DNA of 64,000 nucleotides. Origin: Candidatus Marinacidobacterales bacterium. GTDB lineage: Bacteria; Acidobacteriota; Vicinamibacteria; Marinacidobacterales; DATDRI01. This document shows, in pieces, positions 1 through 9,271 of this stretch (position 1 is its first letter; each line of letters opens with the position of its first letter). The translations under genes were made by a program, and so were the position numbers. The notes under the pieces are model-generated. The model had not been told where the DNA came from. It saw nothing but the letters and a program-made list of their open reading frames with translations, and ran no database searches. The stretch lies in the NCBI GenBank assembly GCA_965219415.1, contig CBDCNP010000002.1:4640001-4704000 (forward strand), given 5' to 3'.

Positions 1-21
1 CAAACCGTCCGGGAATCGGGG

Positions 22-167
22 TCAATAGAGCTCAGTCCGGGCGCTTTCCTCCTCGCCGGCGTCGATCTCGGCAGCGTCAGCCTCAGCGATCTGGTCCGCC
101 AGTACCTGTCCATAAGTCGGGAAGCAGGAGCGTTCGGCTTGCGAGTCCGGCTCCCAGAGCCGCCCTC
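22..167 (-). pseudogene. 3' fragment of a pyridoxamine 5'-phosphate oxidase-like (MSMEG_1061-type) flavoprotein gene, cut by an IS end
   Basis: C-terminus RLWEP...FPTYGQVLADQI...IDAGEEESARTELY resembles this family; the upstream part of the ORF is IS sequence. Confidence 0.45.
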
Positions 168-232
168 TGTGCCAACATCCTTGAGACAATCCGCTCCTTG
201 AAATTAGTGTCGAGGGCGGAGGAGGATCATAG

Positions 233-645
233 ATGAGTACGTTGATTGAGAGAATGACGTCGGCGGGGTCGGAAGGAGCCCGTAGGGCGACTGGAGATCT
301 CGCCGACGGTGGTGCTGCGGCGGGGGTCCGCGATCCCGAAGTGAGTGAGAAAGCGAAGCGCCGACGTTTCAGCGCTGAATACAAGCTGCGGATCGTTCGC
401 GAGGCGGACGCCTGCAAGGGTGACGGTGATGTGGCGGCGCTTCTACGTCGCGAGGGATTGTACTCGTCGCATCTATCGAGTTGGCGTCGGCAACGGGACG
501 AGATCGCCAAGGCGGGATTGACGTCGAGAAAGCGAGGTCGGAAGGCGAAGGCAGAGGCTCCACGGATCAAGGAGCTCGAGCGCGAGAACGCCCGACTCCA
601 GCGCCGGCTGGCTCGGGTGGAAACGATGCTAGAGATCCAAAAAAA
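233..645 (+). pseudogene. IS3 orfA, 5' part; the 3' part KASELLGIPLNPIDDDEND* resumes at about 3861-3920
   Basis: RRRFSAEYKLRIVREAD...LLRREGLYSSHLSSWRRQ HTH and coiled coil; broken at the EIQK A-tract by IS110. Confidence 0.85.
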
Positions 646-689
646 CCTTCGAGCGCGGGCGCGCCTCCTGTTGAACCAGAAACTCCCTG

Positions 690-870
690 ACGGCTACCCT
701 CTTGGCTACTCGAGAGGAGAGGCCGTCCGCTTACTGGTGATTTCGATCCCGTAAAAAAACATGGTCCGGGGGTGGCTGCGGACTTGACAGTGGTGGCGCC
801 ATTTGGCGATCCCGTTTAGGAAAATGATGAACTTCCGCCCATCCCTCCTTTCGGGTTTAATCCGGAAGGA
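690..870 (+). ncRNA. Predicted bridge RNA of the 458-aa IS110 (second copy about 2299-2479)
   Basis: Twin motif CGATCCCGT-N8-ATG at 744-763 (N8=AAAAAAAC, matches the target A-tract) and 807-826 (N8=TTAGGAAA, matches the element end junction); hairpin GTCCG/CGGAC 764-783; boundaries approximate. Confidence 0.7.
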
Positions 871-873
871 GGA

Positions 874-2250
874 ATGATGACAAGAAGGAAGCGCCGGAAG
901 TCGTCCAGACGATCCATTACGTCCATCCACGTTAACGCCGCAGGAATCGACATCGGAGCGACATTCCATGTGGTTGCGGTCCCACCGGAGCGGGTCGAGA
1001 TGTCCGTGCGGACGTTTCGAAGCTTCACGGGCGACCTACACCAGTTGGCCGACTGGCTCGCAGAGGTCGGGATCACCACCATCGCTATGGAATCGACAGG
1101 AGTGTACTGGATTCCAGCCTTCGAGATCTTGGAAGCGCGCGGGTTCGAGGTGCTCCTGGTCAACGCACGTGACGTCAAGAATGTCCCAGGGCGGAAGACC
1201 GACGTCAACGATGCTCAGTGGCTACAGCAGCTGCACGAGCATGGTCTTCTTCGCGGCAGCTTCCGGCCTCGTGGTCAGTTGGTTCGGCTCCGGGCACTTC
1301 TTCGCCACCGTGAACGCCTCATCAACCAGGCAGCGACGCACATCCAGCGGATGCAGAAAGCCCTTATGCAGATGAACGTCCAGCTTCAGCACGTAGTGAC
1401 TGATATTACAGGTGTCACGGGCATGAAGATCATTCGCGCTATAGTCGGCGGTGTTCACGAGCCCGACGTGCTTGCCCAGTACCGTGACGTCCGATGCAAG
1501 CAATCTGTCGAAACGATCCGCGAGGCTCTGACAGGTAACTACCGGCTCGAACACCTCTTCGCGCTACGCCATGAGCTCCAACTCTATGACTTCGTTCAAG
1601 CGAGGGTCACCGAATGCGACGTGGAGGTCGAAGCCGCTATAGGCGAGCTGAACCACGATCGAACTGCGCCCGACGAGCCGATTCCACGTGTCCGACATGC
1701 GAGCGGGAAGAACGAACCGAAGTTCGATGTACGGGGAGCTCTGTATACCCTCTTGGGTGCCGATTTGAGCCAGATCCATGGATTGGGTCCGTACACGGTT
1801 CTGCGACTCGTCGCCGAATGCGGTGACGACATGCGGAAATGGCCGACCGCCAAACACTTCACGTCGTGGCTGACCCTAGCACCCGGCAACAAGATCTCGG
1901 GCGGCCGCGTGCTGAGTTCGAAGTCGCGTCGGTCCTCGAATCGCGCCGCCGCGCTCTTTCGTATCGCTGCGGTGAACGTTGGGCGAACGCAGACCGCCCT
2001 TGGTGCATTCTACCGTCGAGTGGGCGCACGAGTCGGCAAGGCGAAGGCAGTGACCGCGACAGCGAGAAAGTTAGCAGTGCTGTTCTACAACGCCGTTCGC
2101 TTCGGACTCGCCTATGTCGATCCTGGCACCGACTACTACGAGAGACATTATCAGGAGAGGGTCCTCCACAACCTCCAGCGTCGCGCTCGTCAATTAGGCT
2201 ACACGTTGGTAGAGGCGGCTGCATCGAGTCCGCACACCGGAGTTTCTTAG
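874..2250 (+). CDS. IS110-family DEDD recombinase/transposase, 458 aa
   Basis: GIDIG, MESTG, KTDVNDA (DEDD) and LAPGNKISGG serine loop; GGAGG RBS. Confidence 0.95.
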   Translation: MMTRRKRRKSSRRSITSIHVNAAGIDIGATFHVVAVPPERVEMSVRTFRSFTGDLHQLADWLAEVGITTIAMESTGVYWIPAFEILEARGFEVLLVNARDVKNVPGRKTDVNDAQWLQQLHEHGLLRGSFRPRGQLVRLRALLRHRERLINQAATHIQRMQKALMQMNVQLQHVVTDITGVTGMKIIRAIVGGVHEPDVLAQYRDVRCKQSVETIREALTGNYRLEHLFALRHELQLYDFVQARVTECDVEVEAAIGELNHDRTAPDEPIPRVRHASGKNEPKFDVRGALYTLLGADLSQIHGLGPYTVLRLVAECGDDMRKWPTAKHFTSWLTLAPGNKISGGRVLSSKSRRSSNRAAALFRIAAVNVGRTQTALGAFYRRVGARVGKAKAVTATARKLAVLFYNAVRFGLAYVDPGTDYYERHYQERVLHNLQRRARQLGYTLVEAAASSPHTGVS

Positions 2251-2253
2251 GAA

Positions 2254-3862
2254 ACCTTCGAGCGCGGGCGCGCCTCCTGTTGAACCAGAAACTCCCTGAC
2301 GGCTACCCTCTTGGCTACTCGAGAGGAGAGGCCGTCCGCTTACTGGTGATTTCGATCCCGTAAAAAAACATGGTCCGGGGGTGGCTGCGGACTTGACAGT
2401 GGTGGCGCCATTTGGCGATCCCGTTTAGGAAAATGATGAACTTCCGCCCATCCCTCCTTTCGGGTTTAATCCGGAAGGAGGAATGATGACAAGAAGGAAG
2501 CGCCGGAAGTCGTCCAGACGATCCATTACGTCCATCCACGTTAACGCCGCAGGAATCGACATCGGAGCGACATTCCATGTGGTTGCGGTCCCACCGGAGC
2601 GGGTCGAGATGTCCGTGCGGACGTTTCGAAGCTTCACGGGCGACCTACACCAGTTGGCCGACTGGCTCGCAGAGGTCGGGATCACCACCATCGCTATGGA
2701 ATCGACAGGAGTGTACTGGATTCCAGCCTTCGAGATCTTGGAAGCGCGCGGGTTCGAGGTGCTCCTGGTCAACGCACGTGACGTCAAGAATGTCCCAGGG
2801 CGGAAGACCGACGTCAACGATGCTCAGTGGCTACAGCAGCTGCACGAGCATGGTCTTCTTCGCGGCAGCTTCCGGCCTCGTGGTCAGTTGGTTCGGCTCC
2901 GGGCACTTCTTCGCCACCGTGAACGCCTCATCAACCAGGCAGCGACGCACATCCAGCGGATGCAGAAAGCCCTTATGCAGATGAACGTCCAGCTTCAGCA
3001 CGTAGTGACTGATATTACAGGTGTCACGGGCATGAAGATCATTCGCGCTATAGTCGGCGGTGTTCACGAGCCCGACGTGCTTGCCCAGTACCGTGACGTC
3101 CGATGCAAGCAATCTGTCGAAACGATCCGCGAGGCTCTGACAGGTAACTACCGGCTCGAACACCTCTTCGCGCTACGCCATGAGCTCCAACTCTATGACT
3201 TCGTTCAAGCGAGGGTCACCGAATGCGACGTGGAGGTCGAAGCCGCTATAGGCGAGCTGAACCACGATCGAACTGCGCCCGACGAGCCGATTCCACGTGT
3301 CCGACATGCGAGCGGGAAGAACGAACCGAAGTTCGATGTACGGGGAGCTCTGTATACCCTCTTGGGTGCCGATTTGAGCCAGATCCATGGATTGGGTCCG
3401 TACACGGTTCTGCGACTCGTCGCCGAATGCGGTGACGACATGCGGAAATGGCCGACCGCCAAACACTTCACGTCGTGGCTGACCCTAGCACCCGGCAACA
3501 AGATCTCGGGCGGCCGCGTGCTGAGTTCGAAGTCGCGTCGGTCCTCGAATCGCGCCGCCGCGCTCTTTCGTATCGCTGCGGTGAACGTTGGGCGAACGCA
3601 GACCGCCCTTGGTGCATTCTACCGTCGAGTGGGCGCACGAGTCGGCAAGGCGAAGGCAGTGACCGCGACAGCGAGAAAGTTAGCAGTGCTGTTCTACAAC
3701 GCCGTTCGCTTCGGACTCGCCTATGTCGATCCTGGCACCGACTACTACGAGAGACATTATCAGGAGAGGGTCCTCCACAACCTCCAGCGTCGCGCTCGTC
3801 AATTAGGCTACACGTTGGTAGAGGCGGCTGCATCGAGTCCGCACACCGGAGTTTCTTAGGAA
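2254..3862 (+). mobile_element. IS110-family element, copy 2 of the tandem dimer
   Basis: Repeat of copy 1 at offset 1609; junction TTAGG-AA-ACCTTC. Confidence 0.95.
2483..3859 (+). CDS. IS110-family DEDD recombinase/transposase, 458 aa (identical copy)
   Basis: Translation identical to 874..2250. Confidence 0.95.
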   Translation: MMTRRKRRKSSRRSITSIHVNAAGIDIGATFHVVAVPPERVEMSVRTFRSFTGDLHQLADWLAEVGITTIAMESTGVYWIPAFEILEARGFEVLLVNARDVKNVPGRKTDVNDAQWLQQLHEHGLLRGSFRPRGQLVRLRALLRHRERLINQAATHIQRMQKALMQMNVQLQHVVTDITGVTGMKIIRAIVGGVHEPDVLAQYRDVRCKQSVETIREALTGNYRLEHLFALRHELQLYDFVQARVTECDVEVEAAIGELNHDRTAPDEPIPRVRHASGKNEPKFDVRGALYTLLGADLSQIHGLGPYTVLRLVAECGDDMRKWPTAKHFTSWLTLAPGNKISGGRVLSSKSRRSSNRAAALFRIAAVNVGRTQTALGAFYRRVGARVGKAKAVTATARKLAVLFYNAVRFGLAYVDPGTDYYERHYQERVLHNLQRRARQLGYTLVEAAASSPHTGVS

Positions 3863-3916
3863 AGCCTCCGAGCTCCTGGGGATCCCCCTGAACCCGATCG
3901 ACGACGACGAGAACGA

Positions 3917-5056
3917 TTGATCGTGGCGGCCGAGGAGCTGGCGGGCCGGATTGGACAAACGGCGGAAGCTTGCGAGGCGCTGGGCGTGTCTCGTTCGACG
4001 TTGTATCGTCGACGCCGACCGGTGACGTCCAAGCCGAAGCGCCGTCCTCGGCCGCAGCGAGCCCTCGACACGACCGAGCGCGAGAGGGTCCTCAGTGCAT
4101 TGCATTGCGAACGGTTCGTCGACAAGGCGCCGGCCCAGGTGTGGGCCACGCTTCTGGACGAGGGAATCTACCACTGTTCGATCCGCACGATGTACCGGAT
4201 TCTGTCGGAGCACGGAGAGGTGCGTGAGCGCCGGAACCAGCTGCGGCATCCGAACTATCAGAAGCCGGAGCTCGTGGCGGAAGCGCCGAACCAGGTTTGG
4301 TCGTGGGACATAACGAAGCTGCGCGGCCCGGTCAAGTGGACCTACTTTTACCTCTACGTGATTCTCGACATCTTCTCCCGGTACGTGACCGGGTGGATGT
4401 TGGCTCGGCGAGAAAGCGCCGAGCTCGCCCGTCGTCTCATCAGCGAGAGCTGCCTCAAGCAGAACATCGAAGCCGACCAGCTCACCATCCACGCAGACCG
4501 CGGCAGCTCGATGCGAAGCAAGTCCGTCGCTTTACTCCTGGCTGACCTCGGCATAACCAAGACGCACTCGCGGCCGTACGTCTCGAACGATAATCCCTAC
4601 TCCGAGTCCCAGTTCAAGACGATGAAGTATTGCCCTGAATTCCCAAGCCGCTTTGGCTGTCTGGAAGACGGCCGCCTGTTCTGCGGCGGTTTCTTCGACT
4701 ACTACAACAACGCGCACCGGCACTCGGGACTGGGGCTCATGACGCCGTCCGCCGTTCACTACGGTCGCGCCGACGAGCTCAACGCCGCCCGGCGCCAGGT
4801 CCTTCTCGAAGCTCATCGGGTTCACCCCGAGCGCTTCGTGCACGGAACACCTCAACCTCCGGTTTTGCCTCGTCAGGTCTGGATCAACTCGCCGCCCGAG
4901 AAAACGACGCCACAGGAGGCCCTAGGAGCCACTTTCTCGGGGCGCCCCATACCTGAGCTACCCCCGGATTCAAGCTATCCGGACGCGATCGCGTCGGAAC
5001 CCAATCGCGACCGCACCGCGCTCACGCCCCGTCCTTCACTGATCGAGGCTCACTAA
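3917..5056 (+). CDS. IS3 orfB DDE transposase/integrase core
   Basis: WSWDITKL, ILDIFSRY, IHADRG, DNPYSESQFKT motifs. Confidence 0.9.
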   Translation: MIVAAEELAGRIGQTAEACEALGVSRSTLYRRRRPVTSKPKRRPRPQRALDTTERERVLSALHCERFVDKAPAQVWATLLDEGIYHCSIRTMYRILSEHGEVRERRNQLRHPNYQKPELVAEAPNQVWSWDITKLRGPVKWTYFYLYVILDIFSRYVTGWMLARRESAELARRLISESCLKQNIEADQLTIHADRGSSMRSKSVALLLADLGITKTHSRPYVSNDNPYSESQFKTMKYCPEFPSRFGCLEDGRLFCGGFFDYYNNAHRHSGLGLMTPSAVHYGRADELNAARRQVLLEAHRVHPERFVHGTPQPPVLPRQVWINSPPEKTTPQEALGATFSGRPIPELPPDSSYPDAIASEPNRDRTALTPRPSLIEAH

Positions 5057-5117
5057 ATGCAGCCTACGGGTGTCTCTGAAGTGACCCCGCTTTCGTGGAC
5101 AGGTTAAGAGTTAGGGA

Positions 5118-5969
5118 TCAAGCGTCGCGATAGTACCTCCTTTCGAATTGGATAGGCGAGCAATAGTCGATGGCGGAGTGTCGTCGTCGCGGGTTGTACC
5201 AGCCTTCGATGAAATCGAAGGTCGCCATGCGCGCCTCAGCGTGGTAGCGAAACGACCGGCGCTCGATCAGCTCGCACTCGAGCGTCGCGAAGAAGCTCTC
5301 GCACATCGCATTGTCGTAACAGTCCCCGACTGAACCCATCGACGGTCGCACCCCGGCCTCCCGGCATCGCTGGCCGAACGCTAGTGACGTGTACTGCGTG
5401 CCCTGGTCCGAGTGATGGATGACGTCGCCGGGCTTGCGTTGGAACAGCGCCATGTCGAGGGCGCTCAAGACGAGCGACGTCCGCAGGTGGGTAGCCATTG
5501 CCCATCCGACGATGCGTCGGCTGAAGGCGTCCAGCACGACGGCGAGGAACAAGAAGCCCGACCACGTGGGCACGTAGGTGATATCGGCGACCCACAGGCG
5601 GTCGGGCCGGTCCACCTCGAAATTCCTGTCGACGAGATCGGGGGCGGGACGGGCGTCGTCACAGCGAATCGTAGTGTGCGCCCTCTTGCGCCGGTGAACA
5701 CCTTGAATGCCAGCCTCGCGCATTAGCCGCGCTACACGCTTGCGTGAGACGTGGAGCTCGTGTGTCTCTCGTAGCTCGTGGAGAATCCTCGGCGCGCCGT
5801 ACGTGCTCCGCGACGCGGTGTGAATCGCCCGGATCTTCTCAAGCAACTCCGCATCCGACACCGCGCGGGCCGACGGGGCACGCTCAAGCCACGCATAGTA
5901 GCCGCTGGCGGAGACGTCCAGCAGTCGGCACATCGTGGCAACCGGTAGTGAATCCTGGTTCGCCCTCAC
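5118..5969 (-). CDS. IS3 orfB transposase
   Basis: WVADITY, HHSDQG, DCYDNAMCESFF motifs. Confidence 0.93.
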   Translation of the reverse strand: MRANQDSLPVATMCRLLDVSASGYYAWLERAPSARAVSDAELLEKIRAIHTASRSTYGAPRILHELRETHELHVSRKRVARLMREAGIQGVHRRKRAHTTIRCDDARPAPDLVDRNFEVDRPDRLWVADITYVPTWSGFLFLAVVLDAFSRRIVGWAMATHLRTSLVLSALDMALFQRKPGDVIHHSDQGTQYTSLAFGQRCREAGVRPSMGSVGDCYDNAMCESFFATLECELIERRSFRYHAEARMATFDFIEGWYNPRRRHSAIDYCSPIQFERRYYRDA

Positions 5970-6280
5970 GAATCGGAAGGCTTCGGTGGTACCGACTCGG
6001 TCTCCCGAGCGAACCAGGCCGCGGCTTTTGAGAGGATCTCCCGCTCCAACCGTAGTTGACGGTTCTCCCGTCGCAGGCGGCGGAGCTCCGCACGCTCCTC
6101 ACTCGTCAGACCGTCCTGCCTGCGACCCTCGTCGAGATCCGCCTGGTTCACCCAGTTCCGGATCGTCTGGCCCGAGGGCTCAAACTCTCGCGCCAGCTCT
6201 TCGGAGCCGCGGCCAGCTCGCACCAGCTCTACCATTTGGCGCCGGAATTCGGCCGCGTATCTGTTTCCCTGCTTTGACAT
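5966..6280 (-). CDS. IS3 orfA
   Basis: RYAAEFRRQMVELVR...EREILSKAAAWFARE; 4-bp overlap with orfB. Confidence 0.93.
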   Translation of the reverse strand: MSKQGNRYAAEFRRQMVELVRAGRGSEELAREFEPSGQTIRNWVNQADLDEGRRQDGLTSEERAELRRLRRENRQLRLEREILSKAAAWFARETESVPPKPSDS

Positions 6281-6531
6281 CGTGGACTCCTGTCTCCCAA
6301 AGGATTAGGTGTCCACGAAAGCGGGTCAAGTCCACTCAAAGTCGTTGACACGTTCCGCCGGTCGCAAACACAGACACTAAGCTGCTGATTTATGGCCTAT
6401 TTCAAAAGGGCTGAGTTTTGGCACAGGACGGGCTAAAATCCTCGGTCATGAGCACACGGTCTGCTTAACTTGACGATACTTTGTGGAGGCTAGACTCCGA
6501 GAGCGAGCCCCGTATGCCGAGTTCCTCGTCC

Positions 6532-6848
6532 TGCATCGTCATGTCATTAGACGAAGCCAACTTCCGACAACGTCCCCCTTACGAAGAGCCACCCTTGGCC
6601 CGATTCAAGAACTCCTGCATCAGATCGATCGGCAGTGGGAATACGAGCGTCGAGTTCTTTTCGGTTGCGATCTCGGTAAGAGTCTGTAGATAGCGTAGCT
6701 GGATCCCCATCGGGTGTTGCCCGACGACCTTCGCCGCAGCCGCCAACTTATCCGAGGCTTCGAACTCACCGCCGGCGTGGATGATCTTGGCTCGCTTCTC
6801 CCGTTCCGCCTCCGCCTGCTTGGCCAGCGCACGCGTCATTTCGGCCGG
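6532..6848 (-). pseudogene. Diverged duplicate of the 3' end and downstream DNA of the SPFH/stomatin gene at 52443-53213
   Basis: [21 protein letters not shown]...RAKGGSS nearly identical, with several substitutions. Confidence 0.9.
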
Positions 6849-6969
6849 ATGGGCTCCCGGATCGCGTGGAGGGAAGAATTGAGAGTCTGATTCAAAGCCG
6901 CATGCGCAGCCGGGAGCATGACATCGGTCGGTAGTTCTCACGCCATGCTAGCAGCATGAAGGTAAAAAC

Positions 6970-7095
6970 ATGGACTGTCTCTACTTCGGCGACAACCTCG
7001 AGGTCACGTTCACCACCGGACCGCGCGCTGCTCAAAACACCCAGGACCCGACTGCGCGACCGCGCAGTCTCGCGCTGGCTGGCGAGACTATTTAG
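6970..7095 (+). pseudogene. Remnant N-terminus of a site-specific DNA methyltransferase
   Basis: Translates MDCLYFGDNLEV..., the LYxGDNL start typical of N4/N6 MTases; similarity ends after about 12 codons. Confidence 0.5.
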
Positions 7096-7115
7096 CCATA
7101 ACTATAATTGTAGGT

Positions 7116-8315
7116 ATGCCAAGAAACGAGCGCGTATTGATTGTGTTAGTCGCTTCCCCATCTGACCTCGAAGAGGAGCGGAACAGCCTTGAGGATGTGA
7201 TCAGGGAGCTAAACCATACCTGGAGTCGAACGTTCGGTCTCAGATTAGAACTCGTGAAATGGGAGACCCACGGCTACCCTGGATTTGGCAGCGATCCGCA
7301 GGATGTCTTGAACCAAGAGCTACCAGACGACCCCGACATCTTCATCGGTCTCATGTGGGGGCGCTTCGGCACGCCGACTCAACGTGCAGGTTCAGGAACC
7401 GAAGAGGAATTCAAACGAGCGGTTGAGCGCTATAACCGGGATCCACAGAGCATGAAGATCATGTTCTACTTCAAGGATGCCCCAATAGCTCCGAGCGCCA
7501 TCGATCCAGATCAACTCCGCCGTGTGAAAGACTTCAAGGCTTCTATTGGTTCAGAAGGCACCTTGTTCTGGACATTCACGGAAGTTGAAGATTTTGAACG
7601 GCTTCTCCGGATCCACTTGGCGAGGCAAATACAGGAATATCACACGACGGATCCACCCCAGCAAATCGCTTCTTCTGGTCGACCGGATGAGGCCAAAAAG
7701 TCCAAAGGTGAAGCGGATGAGCTTGGTCTGCTCGACTTCATGGATATCGTTGAAGAGCAGTTCGGATCCCTCCGTGAAATCGCGACGACAATCGCACAGG
7801 AGACCCAATCTCTCGGGCAAAGTATGACAGCACGCACACATGAGATTAGTGAGGCTACTGCTAAAGCACACGGCCAACTTGGGCGGCGTGAAGCACGGGT
7901 ATTAATCGAGCGAGCGGCTGACGACATGAACGGCTATGTGGAAGCAATGGAACACCAGATCCCATCCTTTCGGGCGGCTTTGGAAAAAGGAGCCGAAGCA
8001 GCCGGACGGGTGGCGTTATTCAGCGTCGGCATGATGGATTCGTCGGGCGGAAAACAGGTTCGTGAGACTCGTGACAATCTGATCACGCTTTGCGACCACA
8101 TTACCAGTGCCTTCGATGCTACGGAATCATTCAAAGCGACTATAGATGATCTTCCACGCATGACATCGGTTATGAACAGGGCGAAGAGAAGGACGGCGGA
8201 GGTTCTTGCTGACGTGCTAGACAGCTTGGCTAATGGTCTGCGAATTCTGAGAGAGACGGTTAAGGCACTCGATACCATCTTGGGTGAAGATCAGCCTCCA
8301 CGCCTTCCTAGCTGA
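7116..8315 (+). CDS. DUF4062-domain protein with long helical C-terminus (candidate defence protein)
   Basis: VASPSDLEEER...WE...PQDVLN...DIFIGLMWGRFGTPT...SGTEEEF. Confidence 0.75.
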   Translation: MPRNERVLIVLVASPSDLEEERNSLEDVIRELNHTWSRTFGLRLELVKWETHGYPGFGSDPQDVLNQELPDDPDIFIGLMWGRFGTPTQRAGSGTEEEFKRAVERYNRDPQSMKIMFYFKDAPIAPSAIDPDQLRRVKDFKASIGSEGTLFWTFTEVEDFERLLRIHLARQIQEYHTTDPPQQIASSGRPDEAKKSKGEADELGLLDFMDIVEEQFGSLREIATTIAQETQSLGQSMTARTHEISEATAKAHGQLGRREARVLIERAADDMNGYVEAMEHQIPSFRAALEKGAEAAGRVALFSVGMMDSSGGKQVRETRDNLITLCDHITSAFDATESFKATIDDLPRMTSVMNRAKRRTAEVLADVLDSLANGLRILRETVKALDTILGEDQPPRLPS

Positions 8316-8559
8316 AATTCATACTGAAAACCGATGCGTCGTGGCTCGAAGCTGATGACCGTTACCCGGAGGCGGAGCGCAGCGCAGCAACGGCTGCGGC
8401 AGTGGCTTCCGCGACGGCGTCGTCGAACTCGCCACGAGCGTGCGTGCGTTCGGGCGCGCAAGCTTGACGGAACGGATGCTCTGGAGGAGAGTTCTGCTCG
8501 GGCTCGCCTATCGCAGACCCAGTGCCGCTCGCGGACGAGATGGGTACCAGCAGAAACGG

Positions 8560-8725
8560 GGTGCTTCCGCTGTTTACTGTTGGTGATATGTACGCATCCC
8601 TTTGCAAAAGAGGCACTTACGTTCCATTTAGCGCGCGGGGAAGGTCACAAGCGCTATTTTGACTGTAACTTAATGCACTGTAAAGTCTTAGCGTCATCTC
8701 ACCAACACTTGATGGCGGAAGCACC
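8560..8725 (+). mobile_element. 166-bp IS1-family MITE, copy 1
   Basis: Ends GGTGCTTCCGC.../...GCGGAAGCACC, the same as the IS1 element at 46062. Confidence 0.9.
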
Positions 8726-8904
8726 CCATCGATACGAGTGGCGAGAGGCAGCCTGAGTCAGCTTGGTCGCTCGCGTTACTCGGCTGGTCGCCGAGAAGTT
8801 CGTCCTCAGCACCTTCCCTCGCGCGCTGACCACGCTCTCCAGCATGTGCTCAAGGGCGGTCCGGGCCCTAGAGTCCAGTCCCGGATTAATAATGATGATG
8901 GACA
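8726..8904 (+). mobile_element. Right-end fragment of the rve-integrase element at 16412-17696 (another at 51787-52046)
   Basis: HRYEWREAA* plus 3' UTR ending ATGATGATGGACA. Confidence 0.9.
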
Positions 8905-9271
8905 GCTGGTCGGGGATCGCGAACCACGAGACCACGAGTTCACGGTTCAAGTGCGCGCGATGGATGCCGACAAGAGCGGGTCCGGTCTAGGTCTGCCGGT
9001 GCTTGCCGCCCTGACCGGCGCCATCCTGGAGCGGAATACGGAAGGAGGGCTAATAGTGGTCGGCGCCCTCAACCTCGGTGGTTCCGTGGAACTCATTCCG
9101 AACGCAGTTGCCGTGGCGGAGACCGCTATCGAGAAGCAAGCAACAACCCTGCTGATGCCGGTCGCCGCCCGTCGCCAGTTGTTCGACCTTCCCGACGAGC
9201 TCGCCACCAAGATTAATATCGAGTTCTACGGTGACGCAGAGGACGCCGTGTTCAAGGCGATGATGGAATAG
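8905..9271 (+). pseudogene. brxL: C-terminal fragment of BREX Lon-like protease BrxL
   Basis: REPRDHEFTVQVRAMDADKSG...GALNLGGS...LLMPVAARRQLFDLPDELATKINIEFY; starts exactly at an IS end. Confidence 0.75.

Larger units (their letters stand above)
645..2253 (+). mobile_element. IS110-family element, copy 1 of a tandem dimer (1609 bp)
   Basis: 1609-bp direct repeat with identical ORFs; about 230-bp left non-coding end; right end TTTCTTAGG-AA immediately after the stop codon. Confidence 0.95.
5077..6334 (-). mobile_element. Complete IS3-family element with 3-bp target duplication
   Basis: IRs TGAAGTGACCCCGCTTTCGTGGACA / TGTCCACGAAAGCGGGTCAAGTCCA; TSD CTC at 5074-5076 and 6335-6337. Confidence 0.95.
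168..6357 (+). mobile_element. IS3-family element (host) interrupted by an IS110 tandem dimer and by a second IS3 inserted in its right IR
   Basis: IRL TGTGCCAACATCCTTGAGACA (168-188); IRR reconstituted as TGTCTC|AAAGTCGTTGACACG (5071-5076 + 6338-6352); orfA/orfB present; outer limits uncertain by a few bp. Confidence 0.85.

Noticed and set aside
233-754. Complete 173-aa orfA
   Set aside because: The last 36 codons are read-through into the IS110 non-coding end
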